Counted from the first letter of the stretch, positions 9,426 to 23,041 are shown. The stretch: 37,389 nucleotides of DNA from Hydrurus foetidus (GCA_900617105.1 UYFQ01000105.1:1-37389); one strand, 5' to 3'. Numbers and translations: made by a program. The notes: generated from the letters alone by a model not told the origin.

Positions 9426-12400
9426 GTAGCGGCCGCTACCGACCCTGTTCAAGACAGGTCCGTCTTGCAAGTATGTGAGAAGTCAACAACCCACTTGACT
9501 TCTCCTCGACAAGATGGTTTAGAGCTCACGCTCGACGGAGAAAAGGAAGTAGCTATCCAAATCTCCCCTTCCATAACTCCACCCCAAACATATGGCTTTG
9601 TCGCGGCTCTACTTAGGGAGAAGGAATATCTCCCTGAGGCTCAACCTTTCGGTCCGGAAGAAATTGACTACAAGTCAAAGGATACATTCGCTCCTTTCAG
9701 GCTTTCCAAGCATACATCCACGGATATCATAGACCTCATTCACATTGAAGGTACTCATGATGAAATCGCACGGATTCGAGCAATATGTGTAAAACACATA
9801 GTCCTGTTCAAAAATGAACTTGGACCAGAACCGGCAAGAATACCACCATTTGATCTTCCCGTAATGGAGAAACAATGGAAGGTGCCCAAAAACAGACATG
9901 CATCACGCATACAGTCTACAAAAAGACAAACGGTTATACGCGAGCTAGTAACAACTATGCTTAAAAGCGGTATAATAGTAAAGTCAAATGCATCGCATTA
10001 TTCTCAAGTAATCCTGGCACCCAAACCGGATGGTACCTTCCGATTTTGCATTGAATACCGTGGACTAAACGAAGCTACGGAATCTGCAAGTTGGCCAATA
10101 CCAAATATAAGACTCATGTTAGGACGTCTAGGGGCGGCAAAAGCAGATACCTTTGGTGTGATTGACCTCACAGCAGGCTACCACCAGGCACCGATCACAA
10201 TGAGCACAAGAATTTATACAGCCTTCATTACACTCATGGGCATATATCACTTCACAAGACTTCCGTTTGGACCTAAACGGGCACCATCATATTTCCAGGA
10301 AATGATGGCGTAAATAGTCCTCATAAGTCTTATTTACTTTATTTGTGAGGTGTACCTTGACGACATCATAGTGTACGCAACAGGACACTTACAATTCTGT
10401 CAACGATTGGAAACAATATTTCAATGTTTAGAAGAGAAAAATATTTCACTCAAAGCAGCTAAGTTAAAACTTGGTATGAAAAAAGTGGAATATGTGGGTA
10501 AAGAAATATCAAAGGAAGGTATAACTATGAGTTCCACAAAGATAAAAGGCGTGACCGACTTTCCGATGCCAAGAAAGACGACAGAACTGAGGTCGTTTCT
10601 CGGACTCACGAATTATTTTAGGGATCATGTACCGAACCACTCAAACGTAGTCGCTCCTTTACAAAAGATGATCCTGCACGCATCCAAAAAGCAAACATTG
10701 CTAATATGGACTGACGAAGCAGCCGATGCATTCTATATGATTAAGCAACGAATTGCAGAGAGTCCCTTGCTATATTTCATACACGATACAGCCCCAATAA
10801 CCTTAATGACTGATGCGTCAGATTACGGTATTGGAGGTTACTTGTATCAGGAAGTCGACGAGAAGAAACAACTCGTCGCTCTCGTAAGTAAGTCTCTTAC
10901 CAAGACACAACTGAAGTGGTCAACAATACAAAAAGAAGCCTTCGCGCTCTATTATTGTTGTACTTACCTCGACGCACTACTACGAGATCGTAAATTTACA
11001 ATTCTCACGGACCATAAAAATCTTACCTTTATTGAAAAAGACAAGAATGAAATGGTTGGCAGATGGCGAGTCGCCCTGCAGGAATTGGATTATACGATAG
11101 GCTACGTACCAGGTAGAGAAAACGACATTGCAGACGCGATGTCACGCCTATGTTTAAACAGAATGGAAAAGAAATCATGTTAAACAATTAACGACAAATG
11201 AGCAATATGAACTCATTGGTAGTTGTCACAACGCAACAGTCGGACATGGTGGTGTACAACGTACGTTACGGAACTTAAAAACAAAGAAGAAAGTGTGGCC
11301 GGGCATGAAAGAAGCAGTAAAACTTTCATCAAAAATTGCCCTTGTTGCCAAAAGATGTCTGCGGTAAAAGTACCAGTCAACTCTTACACTTATACTACTT
11401 CAACATACAAACCAATGGAATGTCTCAACATAGATTTCATTGGACCATTTCCTGATAAAGGATACATTCTAGTCATGATTGACACATTTACACGATTCGT
11501 CGAACTATATGCAACAAAAGATGCTACCGCTAAGGCGGCATGCACAGCATTAGTGGAACACGTCGGTAGATACGGATCTCCAAGATTCCTTAGATCTGAC
11601 AACGGTCCTCACTTTGCCAACCACGTTATTGAAGAATTTACAAAACTCGCAGGCACAGTCCACGAGAAAATTCTCGCCTATTCTTCGGAACACAATTCAA
11701 TTGTGAAAAGAATGAATAAGGAAGTTAATAGGCATATTCGAGCATATACGTATGACAGATCTACCATTGTAACAGAAATCTATCAAGAAATTCTACCATT
11801 TGTTCAACGTATATTAAATACAACAACTAATGATAGAACAAAAATTTCACCGGCACAAATCCTCTATGGAAATGCCATTGATATGGATGAAGGAATTTTA
11901 ATTCCAAGAGGAGAAATTAACCTCATCCCCCAAAATATCACGATTTTATCTACAAATATGATAAAGATCCAAAGTAATCTTATTAGAATTGCAGCAAGAC
12001 TCCTTAAAATATCTGATGACGAACACAATAGAGTGGTGGAGCAACCGGGAATTCCGGTTCCAGGTTTTGAGAATTTCCGGATTATTTTGCATGATCGGAA
12101 CCGTGGTGGAGCACGTGAATTCCGGAATTTCGGATCCATGGAACCCCCAAGAAACCGGTGGGTTCGACTTCTCCCTAGTGCATGTGGGTAGGGAAGTATG
12201 AAATCGACTCAAAATCGACTATCGATGTAATCTTTTCACTAGATTTTAGATAGTTACGAGGTTCATTTAGTTTATCGTAGTAGCCATCATTTTTTCTTTT
12301 TTGCAGTTAAGTAAAAGTTCCTAATGCCGTCATTTTAGGCCTTCATTATTAAGTGATGATTTCTCCTATCAACCCCCAAGTATATCACCTTCTCAGCAGC

Positions 12401-13809
12401 TGAATGGCCCTCGGGCTCTCAAAACATTTTTGCAATCATATGGCATCTTCTTTTGCGTACATTCTTACCGCTGATCTCGAATTCTAAGAAATTTCGACTC
12501 CTGCTGGGAAGGTTTCAGAGACAGCGACCTTTTGGGACAGCTCGGGCAAGGCCTGCCGACAGTGTTCGGCTGCTGCAGCACGGCAGTCGATCTCAAAACT
12601 ACACACCTTTTTAAAATAAGAAAAGCTGTGCTTGAAGATTGTTTTCTTATATCTACAGGTAGACTACAAAAGTGATATCTAACCGTAAAAATGTATAGCA
12701 GGTAATTTGAGCGACCGCGAGAAGATTGGCACGCCGCCAGTCGCCGCAAGGCACACAGTTATCTTTGGTGCTCTTGATGACCTTGTGGGACACGAGCCGG
12801 AGCGATCTGAAGCTTTCGGCTTGGTCTGACGTTCGGGAACGTGGAAGCTTTCACCTGCAGTCCTTTATCAGCGTCCTGAGACTCGTTTGGGATCCAAAAA
12901 GAAGCGCCTAGCGCAATTTCCTGATTTGGTAGAGTCACAGCCGAAGAGCGTTGGCTCGGGAACGTTTGTTCCCACAAAAAGACATCCATTTTGAGGAGTG
13001 CGATGAAAATCACAGAGAAATCGGTGCTCAAGGCACTGTTGGATAAATTTCAAATGGCATGCATTGCCTGCGTCCGATGTTGTTGACTCCCGCAAAAAAT
13101 TCTGAGCGTGATGACCATTTTTGTGGTCCTTTGAGTGTGTATTCCTACTGTTATGAGAGCGGTACTGTAAGTTTAAACAGCAGCAGCTTCATTTTAGGGG
13201 GCGAATTGATCCGGAAGTTTGACTTCTGGATTGGAGTATTTTTGAGTGGGACATCCGGATCAATCCAGAAGTCAACTTCCGGATCAATCCGGATTTACCC
13301 CAAAAAAAGCGGGACTTCAGGATTGCTCCACCACTCTGATGAAAAACAAAACCCGGATATAATACATTTCGAGGTAGGCTCATATGTACTCGTTACTCAA
13401 CGCACACAGCCAGAGACACGCATGCACACATTGTGGCGCGGTCCTCTTCGAGTTCTAAGCAATAAGAAAGGAGAATATACGCTACTCAATCTTATTACTC
13501 TTAAAAATGTTAAATACCACATGTCACAATTAAAAACTTTCTTATTTAATCCACTGCACACTGATCCAACAGATGTAGCACGTCGAGATTATTTAGGACT
13601 CTTCATCGGAGAAATCATAGATATGAGGGGAAATATTTCATCTTATGGAGCATTAGAATTTGAGGTCAAATGGCTCAATTATCCCTCAGAGAGTAATACC
13701 TGGGAACCGTGGTGAAGTCTAAGAAAAACAGACAAACTACACAATTTTCTTATTAAGTAAGAATTTACGTCACCTAATTCCAAGAGAATTCAGGTTAGAC
13801 TATGTCTAA
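9426..13809 (+). pseudogene. pol: E2 pol (RT, RNase H, integrase, chromodomain) with in-frame stops, frameshifts and a TE insertion
   Basis: Stops at 9423, 10311 and 13713; YLDD 10353; integrase split by 12029-13338; chromodomain EVKWLNYPSESNTWEPW at ~13660-13712. Confidence 0.92.
12029..13338. mobile_element. Non-autonomous TIR DNA transposon (~1.31 kb) inserted in the E2 integrase
   Basis: Perfect 15-bp inverted termini AGAGTGGTGGAGCAA (12030-12044) / TTGCTCCACCACTCT (13323-13337). Subterminal TCCGGA-type repeats at both ends. Removal restores integrase ...DDEHN|EKQNPD... collinear with E1. Confidence 0.88.
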
Positions 13810-14022
13810 AAAGACAGAAAGAGAACAACAATATCGTTGATGATTCCGCCCATTTTTTTGCGTCTCATCCGAGATATTTTTGGAGGTTTAGTCAGTAGGC
13901 AATAATTTTTTTATCATTATAATTGAGTCTGACATAATTGTTGTTACTTACCATAGACTTACACGTAGTTTAGTATTTATCTTAAAGTAACAAATCTAGC
14001 TTCTAATTCGAGGAGGGGGCAC

Positions 14023-14246
14023 TGTGACCCGTACACCGAGTATACCGGGTATACCGTGTTCGGGTACAAACGTACGCACGGTTCGGATCGAGGACGATCC
14101 GATCCACACGATTTTTTGCATGATATCTGCTGTGCTTATCTGTAAGCTAATCACATTGCTACCATTTAGCATCGTTCCACAGCCACTTCACCTTTGCCCT
14201 CCGCCGTCCGGATTCCCGTTCCTGCCAAGGCCTCAGTGAGACCACA
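14023..14246 (+). repeat. 3' LTR of E2 (224 bp)
   Basis: TGTGACCC...GACCACA, follows PPT GAGGAGGGGG, shares blocks with the E1 LTR. Confidence 0.9.
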
Positions 14247-14326
14247 GAAGTGTTTGACTTATGAAATGTGAAATCATTCAAATAGAATTGAGCAGCGTTA
14301 TCCCTACACTAATGGATGCACATGTA

Positions 14327-15022
14327 CTACAAACCTTTGTGAGCTTTTACAACTGAATACTTCATAGCGAAGTAGCCGAACGTAAAAAGTCCAGAGGGGA
14401 TTTCAGTTGTCATGATCACACTTTCCTCTAATATATCCTCTGCTCTATCCACCGAAATGGCAGGCTTCTTCTTCGATGCCAGAAGATCATCGTAAATCTA
14501 AAAGATGGATGACCGAACATTAGTTCAAAGGTTGGAGAGAATACGATGCCGTATGCGAGGCAAGCGCACCTTCCGCAAAATCTTCAGCAATTCCATATCG
14601 GCGTTTCCACCGGAGTCCTCTTTAATCTCAACATCGAACTTCGATTTGTCAGGTCTCTCGCCGATTTCGACAAGAGGTTTGAGCACTGTGAAATTCAGAA
14701 TCTTTCCATAATCGGCGAGCCAAGAGACTAACTCTCTCCTTGCTGCCATACCCTTCTCCCAGATCTTCTCGCTGGTGAGAAAGCTGGTTTTCGTCGTCGC
14801 TCTAATCGCATCTGGGAGGAATTCGCCCTTGGAGAATTCGCTGATGTTTGCCCAGCGACCACGATGCTCATTGAAAAGAGCTAGCTCCGCTTCAAATGTA
14901 GCGAAGACTAGCTTTTCCTTCCCTTCCTTGTTCGTCTGAACACCGGAAGAATACACAGAATTGACTGCGACGAGGCAGATGAAACTCTGGAGGATTTTCA
15001 ACCTCTGATTTGTAGTCAACAT
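14327..15022 (-). CDS. Hypothetical protein, two predicted exons (15022-14570, 14497-14327)
   Basis: 192-aa ORF; AAG|GTGCGC donor and TTTTAG acceptor (72-nt intron) extend the frame; no recognised domain. Confidence 0.5.
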
Positions 15023-15440
15023 TGTTGCTTTGTTGTATAGCGTGAGAGCTTCGAGTTCGAATGTAATTCGTATTATTGAAGTCCTATTGAGATTTGAAAT
15101 CACTCCAACACTTTTCAGTCATCATTTGAGAGCTTTTTCCTTTCTGAAGAAGGAAATTTTTCATTTTGAGTTCGTAGCCCACAAGGATCGACACTGAAGA
15201 ATAAAACGGCTGAACTTCTTTTCGTGGTTTTCATTTTCGGAAATCAACCGGTAAGGAACGGTCTTATGTGTGATAATCAAGACAATTCCGGTGAATTGGC
15301 GATTTTATAAAACATCCTATACTAATTCAAGGAAAAAAACTTTAATGCTGACCAGACAACTTATTCGGACAGGAAAGTCTTGAAACTTTGACTTACTCAA
15401 GGTAATCAGTGAATATTCACTTGATTTCGCAAATTTTAAA

Positions 15441-15620
15441 ATGGAAGAGCATGCAGAACAAGCTCATGTTGGAAGAGGGGTAGGAGTTGCTTGGGTGGCA
15501 AAACAAACGTTTGAAACAGTGGCTGAAATGAGAGCCTAATGTGTTGAGAATCTGCTATGGAGAGGTCGCACCAATCATAACATTGGTAGACGCTTCACGT
15601 ACTTGATTTATATGTGCCAC
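15441..15620 (+). pseudogene. Possible N-terminal relic of a Mutator-like transposase
   Basis: Reads MEEHAEQAHVGRGVGVAWVAKQTFETVAEMRA*...FTYLIYMC, loosely like RG..W....F...E..Y.C MULE DNA-binding domains; weak resemblance only. Confidence 0.25.
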
Positions 15621-16110
15621 ACTTTCACTGTAAAATTGGTCAGAAAATAGAATGTATTATGCGGTTATCATGTAATCCGTCCGATTGTTCGAGTCCGCCG
15701 CCACCCTATGAATCGTTAAGTTGTCCTTCTCTTCTAAAGTTTTAAAACCAGAATTAAAACCAGAATTATGACTAATTCACTACGGATGTTTTTTAAAGAA
15801 AATAATTGGAAGAAAACTACGATAATAAGAATTAGAAGTTATTAAAAACGGTTCCGTATCTTACCACTACTAACTTCAATTTTCAAGCTTTTGTGGTCGC
15901 TTGTTTTTTTTTCTACGGTAGACATCTCCTGACAAACACTTCAAAGCACCGACCTTCACATGGCACCTCCGCTAATCCATTATGGCATACAATCTTGAAG
16001 GATAGATTCATATCTGCAAAACTTATGCTAGTGGATCTCGTGCGGGGTTTGATATCACTGGAGAAATTTGTGGCGCCACGGTGATAAAAAACCTCTAGCT
16101 CCGAAAAAAT

Positions 16111-16182
16111 TGCTCCCAGAGGGATTCGAACCCACGACACCAGATTCAAAGTCTGGGGTGCTAACCACTACACTATGGGAGC
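16111..16182 (-). tRNA. tRNA-Gln(TTG)
   Basis: 72 nt: acceptor GCTCCCA/TGGGAGC, anticodon arm CCAGA-CTTTGAA-TCTGG, GGTTCGAATCC T arm, downstream T6 Pol III terminator. Confidence 0.96.
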
Positions 16183-16375
16183 CGAATTCCTGCCTCCTTC
16201 AAAACACACTTGAATACATAACAAAATGCATAATAAAATTATTATGTTCTGCTGCTACCATCTTCTGTTCTACGCAGCTTTTCGAAAAAAATAACAGTAA
16301 CTTTTCAGTGACTGCTATGAGGAGCTAATTAGATAACTGGCGTTTTTCACAAGGTGAAGGTGTTATTGGGTAATC

Positions 16376-19300
16376 ATGATGCCCATGCCTGCGGCCATGT
16401 CGGTATCAACTGATAGTGTCCAATCAGCCTTGCGGATTTCTGAAGCAGTAGCAGCTGATTCTGGCCAAGCTAGTAGAAAGTTCATGATCTCAGTTGGGTT
16501 GATAGATTTCAAGGACTTAGCTGCATTTTGCACACGTGCATGCACCGGTAACACGGAGACTTCAGTTGACAGAACATTTTGGTTCTCATGGATTATCCTC
16601 GAGAAAACGTTCCAATCTGACGAATTTACAGCAGGAACAGAACCTCAGAAAATTAGAGACATCATAAGAGTACGCTGCTCAGAAGATGCCATGATGAAAA
16701 TAGCCTGTGATGAGGCAAGTCTACGGATATTTTTGTGCACACAGGGGAACGTTATGGCTGCTGTAAGCATACCTTTGCTCCAACCAACAGTCGTGAAAGA
16801 AGCAGCAAATTTTCCTCTATCGATGGCAGCGTGGCACGATCTGGAAAGATCACTAGGTCCAAATGAAACTCGATTGAATAAGCCAGCCATTAAAATAGGC
16901 GTCACTATCAGCTATGATCAGGAAGGAACTGCAGGCCATGTTATCTCTACCAAAGCAGCACCAACAGTTCCTAGGAGATTCTCATCGTCTCCTCTGCTGG
17001 TGGAGTATAATGCATTACAGGATTCAAGTGAACATAGATCTGACCCTGAAATCTTGATGGCTGTTGATAACTGTGCAGTTGTTTCTTTTTCAGAGAACAT
17101 TGACGGTAAAAAGAATCTTGCTGGCAGAAGAGTCCGCAGATCAAGGAATAGAAACCAAGATGAATTATGTGAGACAAGCAGCGAGGATGCGGGTGAATCT
17201 TACGATGAGACAGACAACGATGGATTGAACAGTTCAGAAGAAGATGATTACACAAGGCACTACCGACTGAGTGTAGAAGTGAAGAGTATAGGGGGCTTAC
17301 GAAGAGCTGCTAACGCTTCGATTCACTTCACCTATCCTTTCTTCGGAGCTGGGGGTTCAGTGCGCACTCACCCTGTATGGCTGCCAGCGAATTCAGAGGG
17401 AAGAGTGGATGGCGCTGTGGCTTCCTATGACTGCTGTATGTCACGGAACAGAATTCGGGATCTTCTTGCAGAACACCCCTTGAAGATATCAGCAGTTTCG
17501 AGAACACATCTGGGAAGCGCAAATATAGGAGAGGTTTCTGTCGATTTGTTTGGACTGCTAGAGAGTAAGCCCCATTCTTATCGCTGTGCAATGTCTAGCA
17601 AAGCATTTAAGACAACAGAGGAATACATCTCTCACAGGCAGTCCCTCCTAGCCCTCCGCTCTCTAGGTCAAATAGACAGGGTCCCTGCTAAAGACCCCAT
17701 TACGGTGTGGGCCGATGACAGCTTTCTGCCTCTTACTGTAGACAAAAGGAAGAGCTCCGACATGGCATTTTTAGGGGGTCGTCTCCGAGTTGTGGTGATC
17801 ATAGAAGAGATCGGAATAGTGGGTGCGCAGATCGCCACCTCAGTGAAGCCGGGTTACAAGATGCATAACGGTGCCCTCTATGTGGTGAAAGACTCCCAGC
17901 CTGAGATTGAAATGCTTCCCAGTGCAGCACCAAGTATGGATGAGACGGTTGAGATGCCACCCCTGCCTTCAGATCGTGTTGGTCTGACTGAAAGTGAGAG
18001 GGTGCTGCTTGACAAACTGCGTGGTGAATGGGAGACCTTCAGAATGGCGTCAGAAGTGCAGTGGCGCAATAGTTTGAGGGACAGGGAAGCTCAGATGAGG
18101 AGCAAGCTAGAAGCCGAAACATCTCGTAGTCTAGCGGACAGAGCAGATGATTTGAGGAGAGCTCAGGAGGAGGCTGGCAGACTTGAAGTGCGTCTTCGAG
18201 GCGCAATAGAGGAGGCAGAAAGACAGAGAAACCAACTAAAGTTAAGAGAAGAACAAATGCAAATGAATCTTGCTCAAAGAACGTCTGAGTTACAATTACT
18301 GCAAAGGCGAGTTAAGGATGAAGCGAAGGCAAGGATAGATGCTGAAGTGTTGAAATCTAGTGGTCTCCTATCACAAGTCAATTCTCAGAAACAGCAAATA
18401 GAGAAATACGAGAAGAGAGTCAAGGATGTTGAAAAAGAATTTGAGTCCTTCAGGGCATATTCTAGAGGCACACCTGAGTCCGTACTTAGAGAGGAAGTTG
18501 CACGCGTACGTGCTCAGCTAGGGGAGAGCAGAGCGGAGGTGGAGAGAGAAAGAAGAATTAAAAGTGAAGCCGACTTAGAGAAAGAGCATTTCAGAGCACA
18601 AATGCACCGTCTTGCTATAGCGCTGAAAAGGGAGAGGGAAAGAAGCTCTGCGTCAGCCCGACAAGATCTCGATCAGCTGCGACTGGAGTTCCTAGCAAGA
18701 GAAGAAAGGTGCGACTCCATGCATTCTATCAATGAACTTACATACTGTACGCGCATCTCACACTCATGCCTGTTGGCTGATTGCATTCTTTCTATCACTG
18801 CACTGCAAACTACAGATATGTACTAGATGGGGATAGAGAGGAGTTGAGGAATATTCGACATGAACTGGCGAGCCTACGCACTCAGTCACACGGACAAGCG
18901 AACACTGACAGACCTCAGGGATCTTGCCCATCCCCGCCCCCAAACTATGGGCCCGCACAGATCTTCCAACAGTCGCAGCAACGTCAGCCGTCATCGGTGT
19001 ATCAGACAAGCAATCCCATATCATCAGATTATTCACGTGATTCTTATTCAGATCAGAACATACAGCCGCCGTCACAGTCACAGTCGCGTGCATCAGCACC
19101 ATCTGACGTACGACACGTTCAAGAAAGGGGCAGTCGCTCTGATTCCTTTGAAGTCATCAACAGACATCATGATGTTTCTGATGGGGACAGGGATAGAAGC
19201 AGTGAAACAGTCCCATCGAATGTCCCAACTTCTTCTTCCTCTTCTTCCTCTCCATCTTACCATCTCCGCAGCTCTCCCTATGGGATAGAGGGCCCATCAC

Positions 19301-19754
19301 AAATGAAGAGGAGCAGTGTCGGTCCAGGATCTCCCCCCATAGGGACGGAAATAGGGGGGAAGAGGAGGAGGAGGAGGAGGAGGGCGAGTCCCCTCGTCCC
19401 CTCATACTCAGAGCACAAGCAGCGCCCATTCATCAGACACCCTCTAGCCAGCAGAACAGTACTAAATACACTGCACCTGTCTCCACCCCCTCCTCCCCCT
19501 CCCCTTCACTCTCCACCGCATACAGTCCAACAGCACCGGGGATGCGGGGGTACGCGAAGAGTATATCGCAGTCACTGGATGGAACGGCACGATTTCTGAA
19601 GCAAGAAATCCAGAGCCTTTTAGACACGGACATGTACGAAGATGGCGATCCCGTTATCGAAGCTTTGAGAAGGCAGCTAGAGCAAGCAGAGAGTGAATGC
19701 GGCAGACAGTCTACAGTCGCACCGACAGCTGGGAGGCAGTCAGATAGGCAGTGA
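16376..19754 (+). CDS. CEP120: Centrosomal protein CEP120 homolog (intron 18709-18815; apparent 1-nt deletion in G run ~19354-19359)
   Basis: C2-like domain with YPFFG motif; coiled coil with EKEFESF..PES.L and L.QLRL.FLA.EE; C-terminal LL.T.MY...D.VI..L.RQ. Confidence 0.88.
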
Positions 19755-20376
19755 GAATCTAACCGTTTATGCCGCACACCCTTCAGGGTGCCTTTCAAGT
19801 TCACGCTTTCGGCTCAACCTCATCCAATCATCCTGGAGAAATCTTCATTTGCACCTGATATTACCTTTCAAGTACATTTTATTACACCATTACTGGTGAC
19901 CGTTCCTTCATGATGTATAATTTGTATTCTGTATTCTTTCTGTACGTTCACAGATCCTCCCTAGAAATTTCATATTAAAAACCAAGAACAAGAAAAGAAC
20001 AACCTTGTCAGTGGTTCCCCACCCTTCAGTCAGCGATTCGATCTGTTTCTTTCTCAACTTTTCATTTATTTTATGCTGTCATAATAGGACCCTATAGCAA
20101 GAGTCAGTTGGTGACAACAGTTGCAAATTCGACATGTAAATAATTTGGCTGAAAATACCGTCAAATGCCGTTTAATGTTTATTTAAGGAAAGAAAGAAAA
20201 TGGGAAATAGAAATCCTCACAAATTGAAATCATTCACCCCAGCTATCAAAAGTCAGCAATAGCGCGCAAATCAAATGTTTCACGGAACCTTGACTGTTAC
20301 GCCATATCCCGTTGAATGCAGTACTGGTTCAGAGATAAACAAAGCAAATCATGGGAGACAGATATAGAGGTATGCC

Positions 20377-22518
20377 TCAAGATTCCATCCTCTGCATTTT
20401 CCTTGATCGGCTGCCAGGACAGCGGGAGGCCAGCAAATCGTCTGAATCAGCAGCAAATTTCAATTTTTGTCGACTTCTATTACAGCTCTCAGTAGGGTTC
20501 TTCGAATCACCTTTTTCTTCTGAAGTAACATAAGAATCAGGCTTGCAGTTTTTTTTCAAATTTATTTCCTTCTTTATCTTGACAGTGGACGACGGTGACG
20601 ATTCCTTTTTGTTTTCAATTTGTTGAAGTCCATTTTCTTTTTCTTTTGAAATTTTGACATATCCCGAGCATTCCTTTTCAATTTTAATTTCAATTTTTGA
20701 TGTGTGCTCAATCTCCGATTTACTTTCAGTTGTTGCGCATTTTTCTACTTTGATAATAGAGAGTGCGGCGATTAAACTTGCAGGTGTATCTGACGCAATG
20801 CTGCTTTCTCTTGTGCTAGAGTTCGTGTCAATCGCAATGTGGGAATTAGAACTAGAGGAAGAGGTAACAGTACCAACAGAGGTAACATTCTTTTGTTCTT
20901 GATGTTCCTCACTTTTAATCTCGATTTTGATGTCATTTTTGATATCGTCTGTAATATCATTTATATTTTCATTTTTAATCAATGGATTGGCTTTGTCAAT
21001 ATTGAGGTCCCTCACCCGTTGTCTTTTCGTTTCCTCCTCTTTCACCTTCATTAGTTTTACCCGTTTATTATTTTCAAGTCTTATTAAACGATCCAATCTA
21101 ATCTTTTCTTTTTCTTTATCTTCCCCCTGAAGATTTGCCTTGAGCAACTTCAACAATACATCAAATGTGGGTAATTCAGAATGCCAGCATTCCGCCTCTC
21201 GGACAGATAGAGATTTCATGATTTTCTCTTTCATGTCTCTTGGGATTACTAGACTGGCGCTATGCAGCAGTGATGTATATGCTCTCTTCACTGTAGTGAG
21301 CGTTGCCAATGCAGTGTCAATAGTTATCTGAATGTCCACATCACCTTTTTCAGGACGAAATAAATCAATTTGAGGTCTTTTACTGCCAGAGCTATTCGCA
21401 GTGTTTAAAGCAATTTTCTTGTTGAAGATGGACCGAATAGCGCCTATCATTATTATTGATGCTGCTGCTGATGCCTGTGGCGACTGACCATCTAAAATAC
21501 CCTCTTCTGATGCATTAAAACACATGTCCTGCATAATTAAAAAGATTTCTGTCAGATAACTCAGTGACGTAAAGTGGAATCGACTATATTTCTATCGATG
21601 ATGATGAAATCAATAATAATGTAAGGTGGTGAATCATACCTTGGCGTATTGTATCGTCACTGGATCAGTCATGCGTATCAAAGGATTGCAAACTATTCTG
21701 CTCACTAAATCTTGAGCTGCTACTCTTCCGGTGACGATTTGAAGATCTCGAGCCAGAATGGTTTGTATTCTGCTTATCGTAGACACGTCTAAATTTGTCA
21801 CTCTAGATATTTCTTGTAATGTCCTAGGATATCCTTCAAGTCTACAAGCTAGAGATATTACAGCTGCTGCTAGATGTTCTATTCTTTTCGCTTGCGAAGA
21901 ATTTTCCATTATTGCTCTCCCGCATAAATGGTACGCACAATCCTACATGCAATATCGTAAGTCGTAAGTAACATTGTGTTTTTAAGGGTGCTAGCACCTG
22001 ACGCATGGTTCAAAGTAGAAGATAAATCATCACACTTCGAGATCGATAAAAAGTGGAAGATATGACATAATGATACGAGACAAGGACAAATTGTAGAGAA
22101 ATTTAAAGCATGGCAAAAAAATTACCAGTATGTTCCTAGTAAGATGCAGGATAGATCCAATGTTTTTGATCACTTCAGTGGCTTTTCTAGTTTTCAGCTC
22201 TCTTTGATCGGTTGCCATCATTTGAGTCTTCGCGAGCGCAACTCGCGCCGCTTCACTGACTCCGCCAATAAATTCGGTAGTCGAACCATATTTGTCGACG
22301 GTGCAAGAAGATCTAGCCGCTGATCCATTATTGACTCTATCATCCTCACTAAACTCTCTCCATTCAGCACCCTCATCGATAATTCTGCCAACTTGAATTT
22401 CTCCACAGCTTCTGCAAACTACATCGCCGGCTGTTGTATCAGTAACGACATCGACTCCAAAGCATCGCTTGCATGGCTCATTGAAGGGATCATTCATCAT
22501 TCTCATTGATAGTATCAC
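20377..22518 (-). CDS. TFIIB-family transcription factor with long charged C-terminal extension (exons ~22518-22126, 21942-21640, 21528-20377)
   Basis: Zn ribbon CKRC..GDVVCRSCG, B-reader EWREF, cyclin repeats ACRLEGYPRTLQEI and GQSPQASAAASI; phase-compatible GT-AG introns. Confidence 0.88.
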
Positions 22519-23041
22519 ATCACAGAATCCAATTCAAATTGCTAATCGATTCGATTGGTGTCCAAACAGAAGCTTTGGTCAAAAATGCCATATATCCCGC
22601 TGACCGCCTCGACTTTGGCTGCTGTCTTGAGGAACAGATGATCAGGAATACTTAATGGTAATTAAACTTCTCACGACCTGGGGAGACATTTTGTGAAGTA
22701 ACAGTTTATTCAGCGAAGAATCATAACACAATTATTTACAAAGCAAAAAAATGTTGATTTCGTGTTGCAAACATTTGATAAACATTTGACACAAATAATA
22801 GCCGTACTAATTCGATGCGCTTTGGTCCGTGGCTCTTGGACCTTGTTTCTGGAATCCTCAGTGAGCAGCTACAACTATGGCACATAATCTATGAACAATC
22901 TAGAACTTTAATCTCGGCTAAGTGATGTTTGGTGTGATGTGAGTGAGTTGCGTTACATCAAGTTTGTCATGCCAGTCAGATTTCAACAATGTATAAAATC
23001 CACTGCTCTCTCTCTCTTGCTATTACGATGACTCCTCATCG

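Larger units (their letters stand above)
7370..14246 (+). mobile_element. Chromovirus LTR retrotransposon E2 (3' part; interrupted by E1; decayed)
   Basis: Gag resumes mid-protein right after the E1 LTR; full pol domain set; PPT at 14010-14019; LTR at 14023-14246. Confidence 0.95.

Noticed and set aside
13059..13338. N-terminal part of the 218-aa ORF as a novel fusion
   Set aside because: Chance read-through from the TIR element into the integrase remnant.
16050..16086. Hairpin with Sm-like AATTTGTGG, possible snRNA
   Set aside because: No recognisable U snRNA 5' motifs.
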